The translations under genes were made by a program, and so were the position numbers. Below are positions 28,201-39,307 of a DNA stretch of 64,000 bases, piece after piece. The stretch's first letter is position 1. Every line of letters begins with the position of its first letter. Where the stretch lies: contig JAAOMT010000664.1 in NCBI GenBank assembly GCA_016748015.1, positions 318,715 through 382,714 on the forward strand. The letters are read 5' to 3'. The stretch is from Geosiphon pyriformis uo1. Taxonomy: Eukaryota; Fungi; Glomeromycota. The notes under the pieces were generated by a model. The model saw nothing but the letters and a program-made list of their open reading frames with translations. It ran no database searches and was not told the origin of the DNA.

Positions 28201-28811
28201 TCATCCAATATTAATTTTTTTGTCAAAACTATAGTTGAAGGATGCCCTTTCTCCCTGCTCACTGGTTTTAAATCTTCGGAGTGAGACCCCTTGTTTCGAG
28301 ATGATAGCATTTCAGTTCCACGAGGGCGAGAAGAGTCACCCTTAAGTCGCAAATGATCGGACGCTATATCAGAGCGTTTGATCCTAAACGAAGTGACGTT
28401 TTCCTCCTTTTTGGAAGAAGCTATTAAAGTGGAACGAGTACTATAGGTTTGCTCTTTCCTATTTGAAGTGTGCCTTGTCTTAAGAAGTTCACGGTCAGCA
28501 TCTTTGGAATCCCTTTTTTTGTAATCATTGTGTTTAAGTTTTTCGCAATGTTTGAGTCTTTTGATTTGCCGGGATCTTTCGTTTTCTACTTCGTCTTCAG
28601 ATTCGGATCTTCGCCTCCTACGTTCACCGTCGAGAGTCTCAATACTTACTTGAGAGGGTTTAGAAGTATCTGTCAAGCCATCTTTGTGATTTCCGTCTAT
28701 TTCTTCATTGGAACCCTGGTCATCTGGCTCATAATCTACTATGTCTTCGTCGTCAGCTAACAGTTCGGCTAAAACATTTTCATGGTGTGGGCTAATTTCT
28801 ACAGTAGCCAT
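25250..28811 (-). CDS. YTH-domain RNA-binding (m6A reader) protein, YTHDC1/CPSF30L-like YTH after a long charged N-terminus
   Basis: Spliced exons 26.15-26.95 kb read [63 protein letters not shown]...TSWTRV...[10 protein letters not shown]/..[37 protein letters not shown], a canonical YTH domain with aromatic-cage Trp residues. Terminal exons are less certain. Confidence 0.9.
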
Positions 28812-29316
28812 TTTTCTATTCAATTTGAAAATGGGTACAGAAGCGTAAAGATAGCTCAATAGCTCCTGAGAATTTTTTTGACTCTGGTTAAAATTTTATA
28901 ATTGCTTTCTTTAGGTGTAGGTTTTTTTAAAATTTGGTTTGTATTTTCTTGGGCTTAGTACCATATAAACCGAAGATGGAAATGAAGTGCAAAGAGTAAT
29001 TATCAATTTTGTCTTCGCCACTCTTTGCCAAGTTTCAGGAGATAAATATCTAGTATGTGACACTAATGTTTAACAATTATCACAAGGTGATATGTTTTTT
29101 TTGGTTTTTATTAATTTATGTTAAATATTTCTTATTTTTATTGTATTTTAACATGATTTTTTTAATATTAAATTATATGTTACAAATATTATTTTAACTA
29201 ATGTATAATTATATGTGCTACAAATATTATTTAAACTAATATATAATTATATTGCTTAATTAATCTTAATTTTTTTTGTTTTATTATTAAATTAAATTAT
29301 TTTTTTATTAATTTGG

Positions 29317-29319
<3 letters not shown>

Positions 29320-29364
<45 letters not shown>

Positions 29365-29396
29365 ATTATTATTATTACTATTATTATTATTATTAT
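29320..29396. repeat. (TTA)n microsatellite next to the LINE 3' end
   Basis: Long imperfect TTA run. Confidence 0.9.
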
Positions 29397-30016
29397 GTTT
29401 AAAAATATAATTTTATTATTAATTTTTTTATTATTATGAGTTTTATAAATAAAATCCAACTGCTATCTAATACATATAACCAAACTAAGTAGAACAAACT
29501 AAACACAGTTCATATACTTACTATATATGACCAACCACTCAGACCAGACAAAACAACACTATATATCTATGCTAACAAATATATTACCACCTAAACCAGA
29601 AAAAAAATAACACAATTTGCATTTATCAAACCTAATAGCAAAAAATTTTACAACACCAAACATATAAACAACTCCAACTAATAATATAGATACTATATAA
29701 CAAGACAAGTCTGAAACCACACTATTATCTTCAATTAAGCCAGTTTTTTCCATATCTATTTTATGCTTGGCTCTGACAATCCACACCTTAGTACAATATA
29801 ACTTTACCACAAATCTAACATATTCCACAAAAGCCAGAGCAGCTTTCTTTTTCCTCTCAAAAACTAAAACAGTTTCAGCATATTAATTCTTCAATACAAA
29901 ATCCTTGTAAATAGCTGTGTATAGATTCATATCCAAGAAACATATTAAAAGCAAGTATAGAATGGTAAAAGTAAATAAGCATAAAAGACCAAACAACAAC
30001 ACTTATTTCTTAACAG

Positions 30017-30893
30017 TGTTACAGATAATTCTTTCTGCTGTCAAATTAAATAACAAACCCATAACTTGGTGCTTAAAGCTAATTGCTGTTGATATTGATC
30101 TGAAGATTTAGTATCTGAAAGTTTTGGTTGAGTCTTTTGTATAATGGACAAAGATTCAAATAATGTCAATAGTAGATGTATCCTTCCAAGAGTTTTCCCA
30201 ATTTCTTTCTCAGCATGGTGGCTGGATTTAGTCTAGCAGTCATGCTCTTCTGGTAAGCTATCTGATAATATATATATAAAATTCTACCCTTATTTCTGGG
30301 TCTTTTACCAGGCTATCCTTGATGTCAATAACTCAGTGCTTAATCTTTTAATCAATTAGTATACAACAACAAAATCAAAAATGGAAGAAAATAAAATAAA
30401 TAAAAAATAAAAGTAAGAAAAGTAAAGAAAATAAGCCAAGGCAATTTGGTCCATTAGTATCTCGTCAATAGCCATGATCAAGAGCTATTGTTTTAGCATA
30501 ATTAAGTATCAATTACTATCAACACTTCATGTTGATAGTGGAGAGGGAATTGAGATATGGAATGATTATTTATTTGATGATTAGTTTCTTGGCTAAAGAT
30601 TCTGTGGTATCGATTCTGTCTTTTCTGTTTCTAACACTACTGCTATATATACATAATTGAGATTCCTCAATTCCTTGATTCTTTACGACAGAAATCCTGG
30701 AATTCCTGGAATCCTGCAATTCTTTTGAGAGGAATCCTGGAATTCTGAAATCCTGCAATTCCTCATTGAGAATCCTAAAATTCCTGGAATCCTGCAATTC
30801 TTGAAAGAAATCCTGGAATTCTATATTTACTACACTTACTTCTGATTGGCTAATAATTATGCTAATATAATTCCTATATTTCTATGAGTAACA
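30017..30893 (-). repeat. 3' LTR (877 bp)
   Basis: Gap-free alignment to 39308-40184. On the element strand: CCAAT box (AGCCAATCAG, ~30843-30852), TATATATAG (~30643-30651) and AATAAA (30569-30574). Confidence 0.97.
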
Positions 30894-30908
30894 TTATTCC
30901 CTCCTTTT
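30894..30908 (-). other. Polypurine tract
   Basis: AAAAGGAGGGAATAA immediately 5' of the 3' LTR on the element strand. Confidence 0.9.
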
Positions 30909-31569
30909 AATATTGAGCTCCGTCAAAATCTAACTCATGTAATTCCCCCTCTTGAAGTATTTCCTGGATTTTGTTTTCAAGAATTACTTGTGTTATTTGG
31001 GTCTGTAATTCTTCAAATTAAGCATTGGTGATTTTTCCCAATTGATTACTAGTCACCATATCTATTTTTCTGTTGAGCAATATTTCTGGTTTATCCTGAA
31101 ATGCTGTATGTATTCGGTATATGGCTCAGACTTGTGTGAATAAGTTGTTTTTTCCCAAAAAATGTTCTAATTGTTGTAGTATTCTTTTGTTGAATAATCG
31201 CTTTGTTTTATCCATATATAGATTCTGGATATTTACGTGTTGTCCCAAGTAAAAATAACAATAGTTTCATGGAAATTGTTGTATTCACCAATTCCAAGTT
31301 TCTTTAGTCAATTCTTAATATAGTGACTCTTTTGTCAATTCTTTGATTATTGCTAATTTTACTTTCACAATGATTTTGTCCACTGTATTTTCAGTTTTCT
31401 TCTGTGTTCTGAGTTGTAATGTCTTTCTAGTATCTTGATATCAAATAGTTTGTTAATTGATTGTAATCTCCATTTCCTGGTGTTGGATTAATTGAAAGAG
31501 TTGTTGTGCTAGTGAGTAAATATTGTCTGTAATTTCCATTTTTCTGATATTTCCTGTTGCGTCTACCAT
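30907..31569 (-). pseudogene. Extra 3' coding region of the Gypsy element (221 codons, unknown function)
   Basis: ATG at 31569 to TAA at 30907 with no frameshift. Seven internal stops, all explicable as CAA>TAA or CGA/TGG>TGA. Same frame as integrase. Confidence 0.7.
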
Positions 31570-31593
31570 GTTTTTATATATTCTTTTGATGGA

Positions 31594-32976
31594 TCAATTT
31601 AATGTGTTGTTGTTGATAATAATAATTGGTTCCAGATCTCGTGAAATCTCATCTGGTTGGACTAGTATTCTCTGTACTCCTAATTGTGAAATATTACTGG
31701 TAGATGGTAGTATGATGTTGTGATATGATTTCAGTCAATCTCCATGTGCTGCTTTGGTTAAAATTTTGTTATTCAATCTTAATTTGTAAGCTCCATTTCC
31801 TAGAATTTCTTCTATGTGAAATGGTCCGTCCCATTTGGGGTCAAATTTTCTACTCCATTGTTTTTCTGCTTTGGTACGATGTAGTAATACTTTGTCTCCG
31901 ATCTTGAATTCAATTGGTTTGTCTGGTAGTTGACTATCATGTCTTTCTTTCTGTGTTTTTTGTGACTTTTGGATATTATCAGCTGCTTTTCTTCGTTTGT
32001 TTTCTAATGTTTCCATTAAGTCATATGTTCTTCTCAGCAATGTTTCTTGAAAATTTTCCTCTGTTATTGGTTCAGCTGAATATGTATTAATTTTTCTCTC
32101 TACTGGTAATGTTGCTATTCTCTCATATACTAATTCAAATAGTATTGCTTGTGTAGTATCCTGTTTCATTGTTTGATAAGCAAATAGTACTGATGGTATG
32201 AACAAATCTCAATCGTTCTGGTTTTCTTGGCTGAGCTTGGCTATTGCTTCACACAACGTTCTGTTGAATCTTTCTACCAATCCATTGGTTTGTGGATGGT
32301 ATGGTAATAATAATGGTCTTTTGATTCCGAATCTTTGGCTCAATTCAGTTAATGTTCTGTTCACAAAATGAGTTCTTTGGTCTAACAATAATTCTTTTGA
32401 ACATCCATGTCAACAAATCAACTCCTGATAAACAAATTCGGCAATGGATTCTGCATCTGCTCTTTGAATTGCTTTTGCCTTTGGCCATTTAGTGAGATAG
32501 TCCATAGCTACTGCTATGTATCTGTTTCCTCTGCTGGTGATTGTTAATGGTCTGACTAAATCAATTCCCATATGGTCAAATAGTTGTCCCACTTTGATTG
32601 GTTTTAATGGTTCATTGGGTCTCGTTCCTTCTCTTCACTGACAAGCATCACAATTTTGAACATATTAAATGATGTCTGGGTACATTGATGGCCAATAGTA
32701 TTTTTTTCTAGTTCTTTTCATGGTTGCTTCTTTGTGAAAATGTCCTGCTGTTGGATTTGAGTACATGTTGAATAATATTGTCTCTTTTTCTGGCTCTGTA
32801 ATTACTCTGGTTGGTTGATCTGGATCTCTTCTATTTTTCCGATAAAGTATATTTTGGTAAGTGATAAAATATTTTGATTGTTGTTTGATACTCCTTTGTT
32901 TCATATGAGATAAATTCTCCTTGAACTGTTGAGTATTTAGATAATGTTGTAATTGTTGATATTTTTGTATGTTCAT
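31594..32976 (-). pseudogene. Gypsy integrase (Zn-binding, DDE core, GPF/SH3-like C-terminus; no chromodomain)
   Basis: SNPTAGHF...YYWPSMY...CDAC; GIDLV...MDYLTKWP; YHPQTNGLVERFNRTL; KWDGPFHIEEILGNGAYKL. Extended by hand across the TGA at 31735 to ...DLEPIIIINNNTLN*. Confidence 0.92.
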
Positions 32977-34859
32977 CTTTTGTTGTATTTTCCATTGGTA
33001 TTGTTCTGGTTTTATTATATCTTTGGGTTGAAATGTTCTTAGATTTGTCTTATTCGCGATAAACCATCAGCATTTCCATTGTCTTTTCCCTTTTTGTAAT
33101 GTATAGTATAATTGTATGGTGTGAGTGCCATTTTCCATCTTGACTGTCTTCCATCTCCAAATTCTTGTTTTTGAAGTGATGTCAATCCCTTGTGATCTGT
33201 GTATACTTCAAACTTCTGGCTCAAGTATTCTTTCCATTTCATGATGGCCCAGTATATTGCTAAGTGTTCTTGTTCCGGTGTTCCATAGTTCTTTTTGGCT
33301 GGTGTTAAACCTCTACTAGTATATGCTACTGGATGTTCTCTGCCATCCAGTCCTCTTTGAGATAATACTGCTCCCAATGCTTGGCCGGATGCATCAGTGG
33401 TGATGATGAATGGTTTGCTGTAATCTGAATAGATCAGTACTGGAGCTTAAATGAGCTTTTTCCTTAGAATATTAAAAGCTTCTTGGTGACTTTCTGTCCA
33501 TTCATATTTCGCATTTTTGTTTTGTAGTTGATTGAGTGGCTGCACTATCTTGGAAAAGTTCTTGATAAAACAACGATAGTAGCTGGCAAATCCCAAGAAT
33601 GATTTCAGTTCTGTTATATTGGTTGGTACTGGAAAGTTCTTTACTATCTCTATTTTTTCTGGATCCGTTTTGATGCCATCTTTGCTGACTATGTGTCTCA
33701 AGAATTTGAGTTCCGTCTTGCCAAAGAAGTACTTTGTCACATTTAACTTCAGTTCTGCTCTTCTTAGTCTTTCAAACACTTGTTGAAGATGATGAAGATG
33801 ATCATCAAATATCTTTAAGAATACATTGGTGTTGTCCAAGTATACAACTACTGATTTCCACAATAAGCCCATATAAACAATTTCCATTAGCCATTGGAAA
33901 GTTGCTGGGGCATTGGTTAAACCGAATGGCATTACTTCAAATTTGAAATTCCCTTTTCTAGTAGTAAATGCCGTCTTCTCTTTGTCAGCTACTTGTCAGT
34001 AACCACTGTTCAAATCTAATGTGGAGAACCATTTGTTCCCACCAAAAGCATCGAATAATTTCTGTATTTGTAGAGTTGGATAACTGTCTCCATGAGTTAC
34101 ACCATTGAGTTTCCTGTAGTCTATACAAAACCGGATTTTTCCATTTTTCTTATGGACGAGTACTATTGGTAATGACCATAAACTTATTGATGGTTGAATT
34201 AGCCTGTTGTCAAGCATTCTGTTTATCTCTTGACAAATAATCTCGTGGCTGGCTGGCAGCACTCTGTATGCTCTTTGTTTGATTGGCATTGCATCTCCAG
34301 TCTTGATTTAATGCTGGATGATGTCAGTTTGGCCAAACTCATTTTCGCTGGCAAAGATGTCATTGAACTTGTTGAGTAACATCTTGAGCTGTATACATTG
34401 GAGTGGATCTAAGTTTCTCATGTTCATTTATTCCAATTGTTCTGGTTGGAGCAAATAACATTCATCTCGTCCATAGATTGTTTGTGATGTGATGTCAACA
34501 TATCCACAAAGTTGTGGAAAGTCTAGAATGGGGTTTGGTGGTTGGTCTTCTATTTTTGTGGTTAAATATCCGATGGTCGTTCCTTCTGGTATGCTGATGA
34601 CATTGTCAGTTTTGTTGTAAATGGGAATTTTTATGCTGCTATAGCCTTTGGCTGATATGTAAAAATTGATCAACCCAATTTTTCCTGATTCACAAAGGGT
34701 TGCTTCCACTTCAAACATCTGTTCTTGCTCCTTTTTCTTCCTTTCTATTGCTAACATGTACTGGCTATATGGTGAAATGGAAATAGCTTGACCAGTTGAG
34801 ATAATTTCTCCTTGGCCAACAATTTTTTCCTCTGCTATGTTAACTGGTATATCTATTCT

Positions 34860-35280
34860 ATCTGTGGATCCAAATCCCTGGATTCCTCTCGCCATGATTC
34901 CTAATTCCTCCCTCTTTCTCACTAATACTAACTGAGCTATTCTAACCAGATGCAAGAATATTGCCTGTGCTATCTTTTCATTGAGCTCTATTACATAGGC
35001 CTTTTCTGAGTCATTTTGTAGCATAGCGATGATATTTCCTATATATCTCATGTCAATTATTCCTTCTCTTATATTAATCACTCTTTTCGCTAAACTACTC
35101 CTAGATGTTAATTGAACTATGGTTGTTGTTGGAATTTCTAGTGCTACTTTCAGATCAATGCAGGTGCATCAATGTGGTTCCAATTTGATGGCATCTTTTT
35201 CTGGATATCTCAGATCAAACCCTGCATCAGTATTATGCACACGTTCTGGCATAATACCTTCCCCATTGTCACTATACCAT
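34860..35280 (-). pseudogene. Trimeric dUTPase domain within pol
   Basis: Five motifs in order: DAGFDL, RSSLAKR, GIIDMRYIGNI, KIAQAIF, RGIQGFGST. Confidence 0.92.
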
Positions 35281-38200
35281 TTCAACTCTTGTTCCTTGGA
35301 GAGATCTGGTAGTGCAATGTATTGTTTATAGTTTACCTCGGAGTTTGTATCTGAGTTGGAATCATTGTTGTTGTCATTGCCATTTTGAATGGAGTTTAAA
35401 CCGTTGTTGTTACCATCATTACCAGAGTTTGAATCATGATTGATCGGCAATCTTAATTCTGATGTACAGCTGCTGATTGGTTCTTTCTCTTCCAGGATCG
35501 TGTAGATCATGTGTGGTGGTGGATTGTAAATGAGGTCACACTCATCACAATACTAAAAATCACAGGGAATTAGACAGTGTTGACATAGTTGAGCATTCAA
35601 CTGCTCTAATCATTGTTCTTGTTCTTCCTTTGTGGGTGCTAATTCTTGGTAGTGTTCGTGGAATTGTTCCAGATCCAGGAGGTTTATGATGGGTTCTGCA
35701 TCCCAGTCAAGCTCTAAAAGTTCTGGGAGGTTGTCTTTGATTGTTTTTATCTCTTCTGGTATCGCTCCTTTGATTTTTACAAGTGCCATTCACCAAATTT
35801 TGTCATCGTCATGTGGGCAACTGTCCAGTCATTGTATGGCTCTTCTTCAGGCTACTTCTATTGGGGTTCCTTTCTTTACCCAGTCACTTATTAGAATCAT
35901 GTATTGACACGATACGTTGCACGTTCCTCCTCATCCAGAAATGTTATGCCACATTCTTTCGTCCAAGAGAGTCTCTTCACAAGCTAAGCATGGCTGATTG
36001 TCCTATTTTTCTACTTGTTTTGGTCTTCCAAAGCATTCAAAGATGCATGGGCGGCAATAGAACCTAGTTGCCATTGAATATTCCTCATCGTCCCCACAGC
36101 ATGCGCCCATTGATGACAATTTCTTGCCACAATCAATGCATATAAGCTTGGGTCGATGATAGGTAGATTGTTGTGATATAATATAGGTGTTATAAGCAGT
36201 GGTGGTTTGAGTGGTCTCTTTTTTTTTTCCTTTCCCTTTATTTTCTTTGTTTTCTTCCCATTCCCAGCTTGAAGTTGGTTCACTCTCGTCATTGTCAGTC
36301 CATGTCAGGTCATCGGTTTCCCAGGTAAGTTCTTCCTTTTGTTTCCCTTTTTCCTTGTTGTTGTTATCCCAAGAGAGTATTGGTGGCAGCTTGTTGTGCT
36401 CTTCGTCAGCCCACAATACTTGGTAGGCTTCCCAGGTAGGCTTTTTTTTCTCTTCCTTCAGCTCGATCAATAGTTTCTCTCTTGGAGGAGTTTTAAAGTG
36501 GCCATACATAGCCGGAACATGTATGTGTTGGCCCTAATATGTTAGCTGGAGTTCCTGGGTATTCCAGTCTAACATTGCGTTGACTTTGGATAGCCAGTTA
36601 TTACCAACAAGAGCTTGGTATTGAGTGGCTTCCATTACTAGAACTTTAATGGGAGTCACTATGCCATTGACTTCAAAAGGAAAATCGTCGATTTCACCAA
36701 TGGGAGTTTTGGTTGCTCCATTGGCTGTGATAATTCTGGCACTGGCAGCTCGATCAACTCGGCGACCTAATTGTTCCATAAGTTGTCTAGTGATTATGCT
36801 GCCAGCTGATCCACTATCTAGGATGAGTTTGATGGGGTGACCATCAACTCTGGCATCTGTGTATATTGCTGTTATGGGTTTCTTTTCAAGGGCGGCTCCA
36901 CTGAATAATAGTATTGGTGCATTTTTTTCGAGTTTAAAAGGAAAGATAACTGCTAAGGATTTGTTGCTAGAGATGGTTGCCAGTGGAATGGTATTGGTAG
37001 ATATGTGCTGATTGGATTTTGTGTTGTTAAATGTGGTATTTTCTGGGGTAACTAGGAGACTTAAATAATGTTGAGAATTTGGGTTTTGGATACAACTGGT
37101 ATCCAAATTCTAGGTGTGTGATCCTGATGGTGGGTTTAGCGAACTGGAAATTGGTTGGTAAACAACCATCGCCAATTTCCAGTTTTGAGTGACTCTGGAT
37201 CGAGGGTTGTCTAATGTCATTTGAGCTGGATTCTGGGTTGGTGTTTGAATTGGTTGGGATTGATAGATGATTTGTGGCTGTGGTTAATATATTACTTGTG
37301 GCTGCAGCTAATGAATCGGAGGTTGATATACTGACAGTTGATAGATTGGTTGCTACATCATAGACAGGTAATTATTTTGATATTGGTCTTGACTCTGATT
37401 TGGATAATGATTTGGAGTTTGGAACTGGCGATCAGAGTTTTGATATTGATTTCCTGATCTTTGGTTATTTAGACGTTGGTGACAGTCAATTTGGATATGA
37501 CCTTGTTTACCACAATAATGGCAGATACGCGTTTTCTGTTGTCACTGTTGATTGGTTGATGAAAATGGACATGGTTGATTTTGGCCACGATTAGAATTTT
37601 TTTGATTATTGCGTCGTTGTGAAGGCTGATAAATGGCATGATTGTCAGCTAAGTATCCTTCCAATCTCTTATTAATTGATTCACTGAACTTTTCCAATTT
37701 AGAATCCAATTCAGATGATTTGTTCATTACTAGGTTAACGGCTTGAGTGTGGTTAGCCTCTGACTCAGTGAATTCAAAATCTCTGGCGCGTGTAACTGTG
37801 TCTTGAAGGGTACCTGGATGCAATGACCATACATATTGCAATATGCTACTGCGCAAGCCATAGATAAACTGATTGAGTATCTGTGGTGCTGTGAAATAAT
37901 TGACATCAATTGCTTGAATTTGGCATAGGTTTTGATGGAAGCGTCCCAGATAAGTGGTGACTGCTTCAGTTTCTCCTTGTTTTATGGTGGTGAATACATT
38001 AACTAGGCGATTGATGCTGTTATTGTTGTTGAAGTATCTTAGAAATTCCACTTTGAAGACATTGAAATCTTGTGGTTTATTAACCAAGCTCTGATACCAT
38101 GAATTGGTGGTATCCTTGAGAAAATAGGAAATAGCTTACATTGCTTGAGCATCATTCCATCTATTGGCTGTGATGGCTTTTTCTACATTGTTCAGCCATA

Positions 38201-39288
38201 TTTGAGCGTCATCCTTTTTGCCAGTAAAGTTGTCAAGTTTTGTGATTGGTGCATAAGCCATTGGATTTAAATTAGGTGGTTGTAGTGGCTGTTGAAGCAG
38301 TTGTTGTTGTCCTGGCTGTTGGGGTGGTAGTTGAAGTGACTGTTGTATGGGTTCGGCTATGGGATTAATTGGCAGTTGATCGATGACAATTACCGGAGGT
38401 AAGTTTTGCTGATTAATTAATTCGGGGTTTTGATTTCTTTGATTTGGCAGTGTTTGAATATTCGGAGTTTTGATTTCCGGATTTTTTAACTGTTGCTGAA
38501 TTTGAATGTTCGGGGTTTCAACTTCTGAATTTTCAGTGATCGGGTGCTGGTAAGTAAATTCTTAATCCTCTGATTCTTCTTCCTCCTTTTCTGATTCCAC
38601 TGCTTTCTATGGATCAGAGATTCCGAAATCTGGTGGAGGCGGTGGTGATCAAAGTCCTGATGGGGTTGATGATTGCGAATTAAATCCCTCAAAGTATTTG
38701 CCATATGGTTCTAACAATTCTGTTTTCTTTTGTCTACTTTGGAATGGGAATTGTCTAAATGCTGATGTCGCAGTTGATGGGAACATGTCTGTTGATGATA
38801 TGTTGATGATGCTTCCAAGTGTATAGTGATAGGATGGGTTGCTTGGGGATTCAACTCTGTTTTTCTTCCAAGCAGGTGGCTGTATTTTTCTGGGTGTTAC
38901 TGCTAGTGTTTGTAATTTTTCCTTGCCTTTACTAGTGTATATAATTGGATATCTTTGTTGAGTGTGACATTCAATTTCTTTGTTAATCTCAGTGATGATG
39001 GATGCAAAATTATGATTTGTTGGTAGGTTGGTGTTTTGGATTAATTTCTTATAGAAAGTTTCTCTTGCTGATTCAGTATTTACTGGTGTTCCTAATAAAA
39101 AGAAAATCTTTTCATTGACATAGAAATTGAAGGCTGATTTGGCAGATATATGATTGTGGTTTAATCCCAAGTATTGACAATAGTGTTGAAATAAGGATTT
39201 TGCGAATCCTAAATGGTTTGCTCCTATAGTTTCTGGTTCTACTACTTTTGGTTTGGTGTTGTCGGTGCTGGTTCTCTGTAGGATTATA

Positions 39289-39305
39289 CCTTACAAAGAG
39301 CACCA
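39289..39305 (-). other. Primer-binding site
   Basis: TGGTGCTCTTTGTAAGG 2 nt after the 5' LTR. TGGTGCTC...AGG resembles the complement of the elongator tRNA-Met or tRNA-Ile(UAU) 3' end; the tRNA identity is not verified. Confidence 0.8.
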
Positions 39306-39307
39306 AA

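Noticed and set aside
30690-30822. LTR repeat array as a CRISPR-like array or STAT sites (TTCCTGGAA); ORF 30570-30797
   Set aside because: No unique spacers, the context is a eukaryotic LTR, and fungi lack canonical STATs. The ORF is a by-product of the repeats.
30941-30957. Second PPT-like tract AAGAGGGGGAA
   Set aside because: Lies within the 3' coding region (QEGE codons) and is not adjacent to an LTR end.
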